From IMG/VR virus record IMGVR_UViG_3300032782_000006, positions 1 to 64,000 of that record: a stretch of DNA of 64,000 nt; one strand, given 5' to 3'. The notes under the pieces are model-generated. The model worked only from the letters and a program-made list of their open reading frames with translations. It had not been told where the DNA came from and searched no databases. Below, piece after piece: positions 11,601 to 17,722 of this stretch. The DNA comes from a virus. The stretch's first letter is position 1; the number at the start of each line of letters is the position of its first letter. The translations under genes and the position numbers were made by a program.

Positions 11601-13853
11601 TTTCACAAACTTATTTGCAGATTTTACCATCCCTGGAACTTCGCTTGGTGGTACATTTGCCATCAATGCACCGCCTTGCGTTTGGGCGGAATATTCTGGA
11701 GTCATCCCATAATTTGGGGCTTCGTATAAATTGATCCTTTCAAATTCTGCTTCTTGTTCTGGAGTGAGGTTTGCTGCTGCAGCACCTTGTTTTTCCACAC
11801 GTTTCATTTTTAACCAATCTTCAACTCCGACCCCTTCAACTATTCCTGCTGCAAGAGTCGGCATTAAAGCATGATGGGTAAGGTATCTCCCAAATTGTCT
11901 TGCTCCCCCACTCTCAAATAAAGAGCTAGCTCCTACATCTCCTTCCGTTTCAGCGATTGCTGCCTGAGATGGAGTAATCTCTTTACCCCTATATTGTGTT
12001 GTAGGAACTTTCGCGCCCTTTGTTGTTATATATCCTGCTGCTGCTCCTTCAGCATTGGCAAAAGAGGGACTTCCGGCCGAGGATTCAAGTTCGGATTCTG
12101 TTCCTCTACCCCCTGCTGCAGCCATTGGACTAGTTACATTGATCTCAGCCATTGCTGCATTAAACGCACTGGCATATGCTGCTCCAGCTTCCGCTCCTTT
12201 TGCAGATGCAATTTCAGTCCCAGATTCTAAACTAGTTTCTAAAGAAGCAGAAAACTCTGATCCAAAACCCATTGATTCTAGAAGACTAGTTTTAAAAGAT
12301 TGACCTATAGTTGTAAACCGAGCTCCGAGTTCGGCTTCTGCTCCTTCTAATCCAGAAGAAATCCCTGCCACCATTTCTTTACCGATATCGGCCATTGAGG
12401 CAGTTAAGGTAGTACCAATAGCCTCTCCAATACCAGTAAACTTTGCAACAATCTCAGATTCTGCGCTATCTAACCCAGCAGTAATCGATCCTATAATCTC
12501 TTTACCGACACCAGATAATCCTTCAGATAAACTAGTTCCAATTGCTGTTGCTATTCCACTAAACTTCCCTGCGATCTCAGATTCTGCACCCTCCAATCCA
12601 CTAGTGATAGCCCCTACCATTTCTGGGCCAACATGATACAAAGAATTAATTAACTCTGTACTTATTGCATCTCCTATAGTTTCAAACTTGGCTACAATCT
12701 CAGATTTGGCTCCTTCGACCCCTTCGGCGATTGTAAACGCCATCGTTTCACCGGTTTCAGCTAACGACGTTGTAAGTGATTCTTTGATTGCTGCTCCGAT
12801 CCCACTAAACTTTTCTACAATTTCTGTTTCAGCACCAGATAGTCCAGAGGTGACCTCTGCAACCATTTCAGTTCCAGTGTCCGATAATCCAGTTGTTAAC
12901 GCAGATTTTATTTCAGAATCTATTCCTTCAAACGCGGCTGCAATTTCGGTTTTAGCATCGGCAAGACCACTGGTAATCTCAGTTACCATTTCTTTTCCGA
13001 TATCGGATAACCCTGAAGTCAACTCAGTTTTGATTTCAGTATCTATACCTTCAAACGCGGCTGCAATTTCAGTTTTGGCTTCAGATAACCCAGATGTGAT
13101 CTCAGTTATCATCTCTTGACCAATATCAGCCAACCCTTCTTTTAACTGAGTAGTAATTTCAGCATCGGTTCCCTCAAATTGTGCAGCTATCTCAGTTTTG
13201 GCTTCAGATAATCCACTAGTGATTTCGGAAACCATCTCTTCTCCAACATCAGCTAATCCCTCTTTTAACTGAGTAGAGATTTCAGTTCCGACTCCTTCAA
13301 ATTCAGCAACGATTTCAGATTTAGCTTCGGTAAGACCGCCAGTAATTTCACTGACCATCTCTTCACCGGTCTCAGCTAACCCTTCTTTTAACTGAGTAGA
13401 AATTTCAGTTCCAACACCTTCAAACTCAGCAACAATTTCAGATTTAGCTTCGGTCAACCCTGAAGTGATCTCGCTGACCATTTCTTGACCAGCACCAGAT
13501 AACCCTTCCGTTAGCTGACTAGAAATTTCAGTTCCTATTCCTTCAAAAGTAGAAATGATTTCGGTTTTAACTCCCTGTAACTCAGTATCTAGAGTAGTCC
13601 CGATTTTTTCCCCCACACCAGAAAAAGATGAAGTAAGTTCTTCAGACGCTTCTTTCCCAAACTCTTCAAACTTTAATTTGGCAGAATCTAGAGCAGTTGT
13701 TAACGAAGTAGAGAAACTTTCCCCTACTTCTCTCATTTTGGTCTCGATACTCTCAAGAGATGCGTTAATTTTTTCAGTGTCTTCCGGTATCGTACTTTTT
13801 AGGCCTACGGTAGCGTATATACCGCCTACAAACTGCCCTTCTTCTCCTGCCAT
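1..13853 (-). CDS. Giant tail tape measure protein (>4617 aa, C-terminus outside window) with large low-complexity C-terminal extension
   Basis: ATG at 13853 (MAGEEGQFVGGIYATVGL). The same frame is still open at position 3 (..GATGMLPLGRG), and the ORF track lists no closed ORF in this frame. It has 40-aa helical repeats, a TMP-core-like segment (~11900-10800) and Trp-spaced repeats, and lies directly after the tail chaperones. Confidence 0.9.
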   Translation of the reverse strand, partial: MAGEEGQFVGGIYATVGLKSTIPEDTEKINASLESIETKMREVGESFSTSLTTALDSAKLKFEEFGKEASEELTSSFSGVGEKIGTTLDTELQGVKTEIISTFEGIGTEISSQLTEGLSGAGQEMVSEITSGLTEAKSEIVAEFEGVGTEISTQLKEGLAETGEEMVSEITGGLTEAKSEIVAEFEGVGTEISTQLKEGLADVGEEMVSEITSGLSEAKTEIAAQFEGTDAEITTQLKEGLADIGQEMITEITSGLSEAKTEIAAAFEGIDTEIKTELTSGLSDIGKEMVTEITSGLADAKTEIAAAFEGIDSEIKSALTTGLSDTGTEMVAEVTSGLSGAETEIVEKFSGIGAAIKESLTTSLAETGETMAFTIAEGVEGAKSEIVAKFETIGDAISTELINSLYHVGPEMVGAITSGLEGAESEIAGKFSGIATAIGTSLSEGLSGVGKEIIGSITAGLDSAESEIVAKFTGIGEAIGTTLTASMADIGKEMVAGISSGLEGAEAELGARFTTIGQSFKTSLLESMGFGSEFSASLETSLESGTEIASAKGAEAGAAYASAFNAAMAEINVTSPMAAAGGRGTESELESSAGSPSFANAEGAAAGYITTKGAKVPTTQYRGKEITPSQAAIAETEGDVGASSLFESGGARQFGRYLTHHALMPTLAAGIVEGVGVEDWLKMKRVEKQGAAAANLTPEQEAEFERINLYEAPNYGMTPEYSAQTQGGALMANVPPSEVPGMVKSANKFVKASPEHPDASKLINKHVGMFGALGLPVNAENSEKMFNLVYATNIEGSGVPSETEDAMAEQALVARQLGIPIGTQAAVTAAESKLGIRGKQGARFVRGIYARMHEPPKPALNEMKRFGMDPKYVDPAENPQGFEGAIGYMQNVMGRPENKDKTFNYKDMFGLVDERAAIGLVDPKIGIGQQGLAQLRQKIEGNPQALDTAYNKVMDSDPGRMDKFLANMHSVADIIGKQVVPALEPLMKDLEKLADYFKKLDDPTQQWAIQLGLAATALGALAVFLGPGGAIVVGAIALAGHFGLLKTAFEGLQKVLNSPETKTALSDLKKDFEKLPGELDKGIKYIEGIPDKLRTAFASIKKEISGISLGDTLKKLVPSMPDLMPKASASTGGDQKIDYFEKLKEQLTKDADSLKTSLTTKFNEIVNTVKEFGSRLKDAAVGKVTGLWDYIVTEAGNLKTKLESRFNEVVSTAKTFVTNLKNAASEKLHGIWDSLVTEANTLKTKLSSAWETVVSEFKTKLVTGIQNAKNTLNTVWNEIRESIQTNLVDKVTALWEQIVNGFKTTLVGGIQTAKNDLDEVWTHLKESVVQVAQKFGEAWDGAQKAASTFVTNVKNFFNGLAQKIGEEINKIIDYVNKLIEALNSLPGKVASALSTLKSQVDTKVGEIKSSVQSLAGLGGGGGGGATTPGAGGTTAAPTSGGGGGGALDKITGFLKEKLGGSGGGAQALSSDELYGKGLITPGKYQSHDDIVKKAQGVSPTYGKSRGDALDYYKKEYNLPDYSFALKPDSELTDAQKGAKKNYEAALERNKQLDKQVEWADNYSKGLASGNFVNDVKPKSVSSSGIDNTSAATLEKTDPKIRNAMNLAKMQELEKSGYTGSVSPTPGSTPTTTTTSAPTTPAPTTTSPPISVGDISLVPKIDLSGYGTTGVTPPSGESPSIHTAGLSAGGTSGGGGKGIKAPPPRKPGEAQTTEDIDWSTVPAWKGGDGEKGHANYRWDKGAHKLVKSKKDGGWTGANIEYDPNDPTGYNVKELQEAGVPASEINRMIAEQNKKNLHQGHKGGGHSKQYAYNPYTRELMGKSGTGDWHGATIPKSPFTKSGYDESLLSKIGMTPDQIAQLEKEHPGRGGGGGRHHAGQASAEHAAHAYVGADGEMYYRDKYGNEHKLPKQVSSEYSSGINEDYYRQHGAKVPTSKGKGHHETPYGPVEMGADKKGWHQNLKTGKWTHYSPTKSPWDPYGDQDLREHGLPPSHHKGSKKDSGLDRDNQEYNEWIAENQYLPDGSINPNFRKSDDPYPHYNKYGQITNIKDLQDQDYGGHYSKTGKWMPAGGSGSRKHRRRMGDWGSTGAGDGWGGRGQRYHGTPYRGTDGKYYDDQGNEIDQDGNYFDNVGYGGRGYRGTGIGSGYSTGYDSGRYQQGPSGFRDQYQFGYGSRTGGQEAPKGATEGVPSDAKTLIENYKNELGDVKRVAKTTWDEVVNGFKVSNEKMVSDVKTTDGHILNSKKQMSSQVVGAVSDSAKKQLDEINKTHDQFAKTSQKQWNEVSNGVNTAYNKITETVKTHNGTILSSNSSTTSKIIENENKVGKATEDANKKASDSGKSVVDANNKVIESYEKKASTAEKCNNRCSQSDKSCASSCESSCNKTCAANDKACQSYKDKASAASHAASSSEESGGSGGRSSGSGGSGSSQTGTDEDNSDQEAGTQSTPPDQSYENVESQDTGSYDDGSGYGSGGYGDDGSGYGSNYGDDGSGYSGYGDDGSGYEDDGYGGDTGSGGGGGGSGRSGRGRGGGTGGSGGSGGDDGSGGKLAGSKKTGVGSGSPLGGMMCLFQILMLMRMGPLGMLMARNLMASGKCNLGGMFGNLGKKGKKGKKGRHKRGSSGSGKGGSGAGRGSRSRGGGQRKQRKQKKPRQQKQQKQKQQKQKLQQQLQQQQYGQDELGNNAGDTGEGAAGYTADTPEDQAYNGGYRNEQGQLQDQPPESQSSPDTYENPDGSGGGSPDAGSDGSGAEGTAWTGSNDLDNGWGDAPPDGSGGDKGGDGSGGDMSGGPGDMGAGMGGGQGGPGDDGSGGDGSGSGDDGSGSGGGGSGRGGGGGDQSGSGGKGSKKKKRGKHGKRGDDDDDGDEDDQGPGPGLGGLGLLALLMMMRGRGRFGFLPGMWGLGGWGRGFGGLGRWGRGFGGRGFGFGRGGFGGRGGFGRGGHGRGGFGGRFGGRGRGGRGGWGPFGFGRGFERGRFGGFGPFGMMGGLLGPLGMFEDLDDEWDPFRHHRKHHHHHKKHKKHHKHGGGQGGKSGGGQGGSGGQDQGQGQGGQGGGGGGQDQGGMGGGMDQGMGGGMDPGMGGGAGGDMGDMGGGGDMGGTPGGDMGGGMPGGDGGGDMGGMGGGGDMGGPGGGGPGGEMGGPGGDQGGPGGEGGPGGGQGGPGGEGGGGGQGGHGKGGKHGKKGRKHGRGGDDDDDDDDDGDDVGGPGGGIGGLGLLGLLMMMGGGGLWGLGGWGRGFGGFGRWGRGFGHGGFGWGRGRHGGGHGRGGHGRGGFGGRGRGGFGGRGHWGPFGFGRGWGHGGLGSFGMMGGLLGPLGLFGDLDDEFLPWFPHHRRHHRGHGRGGHRGHRGHGRGGHGGMEGGHGGGGQGGEGGQGGGQGGMGGGMDQGIGGGGAGGMGGGGDMSGGMGGAPGGDMGGMGGGMPGGDGGGGMGGGAPGGDMGGMGGGMPGGEGGGMGGGPGGEMGGPGGGQGGPGGEGGPGGGQGGPGGEGGGQGQGGEGGGGSGHGREGGESGHGRGHGGGHEGHGRGHGRHHRRHHHGRGEFGEFGGLGLLGMLLGLGGFGLGFPGLGLLGFGRGRLGHLFGRHHHGGHGRGGHGGHGRGGHEGHGRGGHGGGHGGRHHFGHGWGGFPGLLGLEELGLMGGLGMMGPLGLLGLGGMGGLFGFPGLFGGFGREFHHHHHMHGGRGRGGRGGHEGHGGGHEGHGGREGRGGHEGHGGHHGGMGGRHHHHHHVFGFPGLFGPFGMMGGLLGPLGLLGMGGIGMMGLLPLLLGLGRFGWGRHHHGHHHGHEGHGRGGRGGHEGGRATHGRGDHGRGEGGGRGGEHRGGMRGGHGRGERGEHGRGGWGGVLGLGFGPLGMMGSLGLGGLGLLGILGLGGLGGLGMFGGIPGLHRLFSDIFGGHERHGGRHRGGREHGRFGREFHGEHGRMGGRGGGEHGGEHGGEHGRGGEHGRGGRGHEGHGRGEHGFGHGRWGFPGFMGGMFGPLGLMGMMGPLGLMGGLLGPLGMMGGLGMGMMGLLPLLMGLGGFGRWWHHFGRHHHGRGGHHGRGGGRERGEHGRGGEGGHRGHHHHHHGFGFPGFLGGMLGPLGLMGGLLGPLGMMGGLGMGMMGLLPLLMGLGGFGFGWGRHHHGRHHGGRRGHHGREGGGGEHGEHGRGHEGHGRGGHGFGHGRWGFPGFLGGMMGLGGLLGGLGGLGMMGGMLGPLGLLMGMGGLHGRHGFGHHHHGRGWGMFSPFGMMGGLLGPLGLMGGLGFGMMGLGGLGMMGLGGMGMFGGMGGLLALMMGLGGWGRWGRWGRHHHGGRRGHGRGGEHEGGREHGRHEGHDMFRHGMGFGWGRGGFGFGGMMGPLGLLGMGGMMGGLMGLSLLGGMGIVSLAQMLLGGGMGLMGLGGFGMFGFGRGRWGWGHGRGRWGRDHDRGREHWHGREERGGREGGRGRGRGEIGHGRGDRAEREKEGRDGRTAAGRGPATHGKGGGDLKDLLGKPGGARDVSGFGFHGILGGFGPFGGGGWMGGIGGLGGGMGYGGFGGLGLSSLGGMLDPIGLYSMLGMLGLGGMGMVGMGGRGRGFEFSPLTGLLAGMHHGERGGGHFGGRIASPFHTAHPFGGGMGSFGGLGSFGGTFRGATGMLPLGRG
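12300..13560 (-). repeat. About ten 120-bp (40-aa) tape-measure repeats
   Basis: The unit FEGVGTEISTQLKEGLAETGEEMVSEITGGLTEAKSEIVAE recurs every 120 nt. Confidence 0.9.
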
Positions 13854-13868
13854 CGTTTTTACCATCCA

Positions 13869-14192
13869 TTATGGATTTGGTTGATTTTGATTTATATCTA
13901 CTACTTGCCCCCCTAATGCTTGATTTGCTGCCATCACTTCAGCCCATATTTGGTCAACTGTTCTTTTCTTTGGTTTTGGTATCATAGATTCCGGCAAGAA
14001 ATCTTCAATATCATACCCATGATCTGAATTCCGTTTTGTGACCCCATGGACATTACATATTAATGCAAGAAGTTGGGCTTGGCGATAAACCTTGACTTCT
14101 TCTCGTTTCATTGCTGCTGTTATCATGATCTCCGTTTCTGCCGGAGTATACTTCCAAAACTCGATAGGATCGATTTCGCAGAACCGAAACAT
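13869..14192 (-). CDS. Tail assembly chaperone, T segment (probably reached by -1 frameshift)
   Basis: IDPIEFWKYTPAE motif and position between the G chaperone and the TMP. The frame is open back to 14318. Confidence 0.8.
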   Translation of the reverse strand: MFRFCEIDPIEFWKYTPAETEIMITAAMKREEVKVYRQAQLLALICNVHGVTKRNSDHGYDIEDFLPESMIPKPKKRTVDQIWAEVMAANQALGGQVVDINQNQPNP

Positions 14193-14212
14193 GTTTCGCT
14201 GTGCGTTTTCGA

Positions 14213-14641
14213 TCAGTTCTTTGACGGTTTGCGGCTTCTTGATTTGGTCGGAGTCTTCACTATTTCCACTTCCTCCTCCTCCTCCTCCTCCTCCTCCATA
14301 TCCTGAACTTCCCCCGTATCATCCCCCTGATAGTCTTGAGGTGCCGAAATGATTCCAGAAGCAAGCAATGCTTTGCCAACAACATCTGATAATTCAGCTA
14401 TGGAATGTCCTTCTAGATACCCATCCATAATCTGGAACATATCTTGATCAGTCAGATTAGGGAATTTGTGAAGAAGTCCAGCCCACAAAATTTTTCTTAA
14501 GTGTTTAGGTCCAATCTCTGAAATTATTCTGTCGAAATCTGAGAAAGCTGGGGTATCCAATGCATCTGTCAAAGCCTCTAACCCACCCCATCCATACCGG
14601 AGTGTGTAGTCTCCATAAAACTTTACTTCTTTTGAAACCAT
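14213..14641 (-). CDS. Tail assembly chaperone G
   Basis: Position after the tail tube gene, LRKILWAGLLH motif and acidic tail. Start moved to ATG 14641, behind the conserved leader. Confidence 0.8.
   Translation of the reverse strand: MVSKEVKFYGDYTLRYGWGGLEALTDALDTPAFSDFDRIISEIGPKHLRKILWAGLLHKFPNLTDQDMFQIMDGYLEGHSIAELSDVVGKALLASGIISAPQDYQGDDTGEVQDMEEEEEEEEEVEIVKTPTKSRSRKPSKN
14309..14315 (-). other. Programmed -1 frameshift slippery site G GGG GAA
   Basis: The heptamer is correctly phased in G. The -1 frame opens just before it (TGA at 14321-14319) and stays open into T. Confidence 0.8.
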
Positions 14642-14807
14642 GTGGTACAATCTCCATTTTTTAAGTCTTATATTTGGTTTTCAGACACCAGTTTTTTCTA
14701 ATGTCTGTCAACCAAAGTATAAGTGCTTCTGTTATTTAATTACGATGTAGAGACATTATCCGTTTTTTTGCAGAAGCAAGCGTTTTTCATAACTCAAACT
14801 ATAGCCA

Positions 14808-15659
14808 TCAGGTTAGGGAGTACATACTGAAATAATATATGGCGGGAGAATATGTCGCACATGATATCATTACAGCCAAGTTGACTACACTTGATGTAGC
14901 GAGTACTAAAGCAGTCTGTGGCAAAACTGGAGTGGATCCTGAGTTCAAGGTAGCTGTATAGGGGCTTGAAGATCCAGTAAATGCAACGGTCAACGAGTTA
15001 TTAACTACACCTGTCTGATTAGTAAATAAAGAACAGGTGACCGTAAGAGTACAGTTCGGTACAGTTGAGCTGGCAACTATAGAGGTAATAGGATGTGTTC
15101 CTCCTCCAGCCGCGAATGTAGCAACATACGTTCCACCGCTTGTAGTTCCAGTAGTTAGGGCTGGAATCGTAGTCGCAACTGGTGTGAACACAATTGGTGT
15201 TGCAGCCATTGGGACTACAAGGGTAGACAATGTTGGAGGTCCAGTGATTTTTACAACTGCAGTGAACTGAATCAAATCTTTTTTGACTTCAGTTGTAAAT
15301 GATTTCAACAGACCGTAGTAAGACCAGCTAGCACCGTTCGGGAATAGGATGGTATACAAGTTGATAGTCTGGTTGATAGATGCATTGTAAAGAGCCTGTT
15401 GACCTGGATCTGTGGCAACATAGTTCCCGGTCATTGTTGCATCTCTACCGTTTCTTCGACCAGGTTTCCATTCTTTATAGATACCGGAATCCTGGTTGGT
15501 AACATCGATTTCGGCAGTGTCCATCAAAGGAACTGGGACTCCAGTATCTTCAACTTCTGCAATATGTGTGCCGTCTATCGATATTAAAATGTTCTTTGCA
15601 ACAGTCGCCTGACTGCCTGCATAGGTGGATATTAACCCACCAAACTGATTTGTAGCCAT
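14808..15659 (-). CDS. Major tail tube protein with C-terminal Thr-rich beta extension
   Basis: EIDVTNQDSGIYKEWKPGRR..GNYVATDPGQQAL..YTILFPNG is a siphovirus tube pattern. Confidence 0.85.
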   Translation of the reverse strand: MATNQFGGLISTYAGSQATVAKNILISIDGTHIAEVEDTGVPVPLMDTAEIDVTNQDSGIYKEWKPGRRNGRDATMTGNYVATDPGQQALYNASINQTINLYTILFPNGASWSYYGLLKSFTTEVKKDLIQFTAVVKITGPPTLSTLVVPMAATPIVFTPVATTIPALTTGTTSGGTYVATFAAGGGTHPITSIVASSTVPNCTLTVTCSLFTNQTGVVNNSLTVAFTGSSSPYTATLNSGSTPVLPQTALVLATSSVVNLAVMISCATYSPAIYYFSMYSLT

Positions 15660-15728
15660 TGTAGTACAATCTCCGTTTTATTTGTTTTTTAAACGTCTGG
15701 ATTACCGTTTTTAAGACGTTATCGTTTT

Positions 15729-16118
15729 TTAATAAATACCGTAATCCCTAAACAGCAAGGTAAAATCACAGGTATATTGATACGTGCCTGCTGTAGTTCT
15801 TCCGATATATCTAGGGGGAGTATGCGCACGGATCCTACCAAAGTAAGTATCTCCGATAACCGTGTTATTGATCTCCCTAATTTTTAAATAAATTTCTAAC
15901 AGTTGTGAAAATCCGGTTTGTGCGTCTTGATTCCGCACGAATACCTGGACATCAGAGTGAATAAGCTCGTGTTCCATAGTCACGAGATTATGGAGTTCAG
16001 CGCCCCCATACGGATTTAGAGCGATTCCATTAGGAGAACTATCGTCAAGACCCATATAATAAATATCAGGGAACCCTATAGATTTGATTAGACTCCCAAA
16101 ATCGTCTAAATACGTCAT
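15729..16118 (-). CDS. Tail terminator / completion protein
   Basis: Position, VQVFVRN and PRYIGR..YQYTCDF pattern. Start at the ATG after the conserved leader. Confidence 0.7.
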   Translation of the reverse strand: MTYLDDFGSLIKSIGFPDIYYMGLDDSSPNGIALNPYGGAELHNLVTMEHELIHSDVQVFVRNQDAQTGFSQLLEIYLKIREINNTVIGDTYFGRIRAHTPPRYIGRTTAGTYQYTCDFTLLFRDYGIY

Positions 16119-16183
16119 GTGGTACAATCTCCGTTTTTAGTGTGGTACAATCTCTATTTTTAGTGTAAGTGAGGACGGTATGT

Positions 16184-16537
16184 CTAAATGAATGTTTGCG
16201 CTACTTTCAATTTTTCTATAAACTGTGGTGCAAGTTCGGTCAGTGGAATTTGTAGATATTTCCAGGATGCAGATGCTGGATTGCTATGAGGTTTTGGTTG
16301 TTCATGAACCCAAATTGCATAATGAATCGAGTAGGATAACACCGCTTTATATTCGATTACTTCATCATGAGCAGATACGCTACCCGACTCTTTTAGTTTG
16401 CCAGTGAGGACTGGGACATACTTGTTTTGAGAAAGAGCCATTGTTTCTTTAGCATGTTCTAGTGTGGCAGCTTTTAACCTCTCTTCTAAAGCAAGTGCAA
16501 TCACTCCCAACCGTTCAACACATTCTGAAGCGGTCAT
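16184..16537 (-). CDS. HK97 gp10-like neck/tail completion protein
   Basis: VPVLTGKLKESG and YAIWVHE..WKYL motifs. Confidence 0.8.
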   Translation of the reverse strand: MTASECVERLGVIALALEERLKAATLEHAKETMALSQNKYVPVLTGKLKESGSVSAHDEVIEYKAVLSYSIHYAIWVHEQPKPHSNPASASWKYLQIPLTELAPQFIEKLKVAQTFI

Positions 16538-16875
16538 TTCATATCCTCTCTGGGTTTCTGTTTACCGAAGTAGACGTTGTAGTAATGGACTATATCGCGT
16601 CTATAATCATGAGCGCAAGATACAAACCGAATAAAATTTGTGTTTCCGTTAAACGTGATCCTATCGTCTGGTTGAGGTTCGTAATTGTTTGGCAAAAGTA
16701 CTCGAGCAGTATACTCCGTCTCTTCGTTAGGCCGGTTTCGGAAAGTCTTACTCGCATCATCTACAATAGCTGGGATTGTAACCGGAGCTTGATAGATAGG
16801 TCTATGATACTCATCTTTCCCAACACATTTTTCGAGAATCACTTTGTGAGTAAATAACATCCTCATTGAATTCAC
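16534..16875 (-). CDS. Head closure (stopper) protein
   Basis: Size, position, GKDEYHRPIY..DDRITF pattern. Confidence 0.65.
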   Translation of the reverse strand: MNSMRMLFTHKVILEKCVGKDEYHRPIYQAPVTIPAIVDDASKTFRNRPNEETEYTARVLLPNNYEPQPDDRITFNGNTNFIRFVSCAHDYRRDIVHYYNVYFGKQKPREDMK

Positions 16876-17393
16876 CAGCTATACAGTCTCCGTCTAATCA
16901 TTTGATCAGGTAACACCTGGTTCCAGATCTCGTGTTCTTCGGCTTTTTGAACGTTATGAGTTCCGAATTTTCGACTCATACCAAACTCTTCAGATCTGAT
17001 TCTATCCGCAGCCATAGAAGTCATCCTGGAATCGGATCTTTCCATTCCTCCCCAAAGTGGGACAAACACGGCACAATATTGTTTTGCCATATCATACCAT
17101 TGAGTTGACCCCGCCCCGTCTTTGAACTCCCATCTATGATCTTCAATTTGTTCAAATCTGATATTAGCTTCTTTGTTTACCAACTCAAATTTGTCTAGCG
17201 CAAGCAATATCCACAGATATTGAAGCCCATATCCCTGATACCCAGGGTTCATATTTGCAAGTTCGTCAGACGATATGTTTTTGAGAATCACAAGTTGTTC
17301 TGGGGTGATATCTCCGTCTGGTCCTACTTTATAAGAGGAAATTGATTCGATTATTTGAGCATCCGTCATATTGGTCATGATAGAGACTCCCAA
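16872..17393 (-). CDS. Putative head-tail adaptor
   Basis: Position upstream of the stopper gene, translationally coupled. Confidence 0.5.
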   Translation of the reverse strand: MGVSIMTNMTDAQIIESISSYKVGPDGDITPEQLVILKNISSDELANMNPGYQGYGLQYLWILLALDKFELVNKEANIRFEQIEDHRWEFKDGAGSTQWYDMAKQYCAVFVPLWGGMERSDSRMTSMAADRIRSEEFGMSRKFGTHNVQKAEEHEIWNQVLPDQMIRRRLYSW

Positions 17394-17722
17394 ACCATAA
17401 CTTTCAGGTATCCTCCATCTGAAGGGAAGGTAGTCTGTGCAGAATCTTGCATGACTAAAAACTGACCACTAAACTGACCTGGCACACTAGTATGAGTGGG
17501 ATCAAACGGAATTGTTATTCCTCCATCTTTAGCTTTGACATCGTTACCATCTGGAGTAGTAGCGTCTTTGGTGCATGGAATCGAGTACAACACTCCGGCT
17601 GAATTGTTCATCACAAATGTAATATCCGCATCTGCTAAGTTAGCACCTACATCCTGAGCTTTTAGAATCACTGCTATATCATTTGTGTCCCCCTGATTTA
17701 AATTTATGTCATAAGTTGTCAT
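17375..17722 (-). CDS. BppU N-terminal-like Ig-fold anchor protein
   Basis: LNQGDT..LADADITFVM..HTSVPGQFSGQF..TFPSDGGYLKV pattern. Confidence 0.65.
   Translation of the reverse strand: MTTYDINLNQGDTNDIAVILKAQDVGANLADADITFVMNNSAGVLYSIPCTKDATTPDGNDVKAKDGGITIPFDPTHTSVPGQFSGQFLVMQDSAQTTFPSDGGYLKVMVWESLS

Noticed and set aside
437-13884. Many plus-strand and off-frame minus-strand ORFs, including the 545-aa ORF at 2585-4222
   Set aside because: They are shadows of the repetitive Gly-codon-rich TMP frame, with no RBS or promoter support
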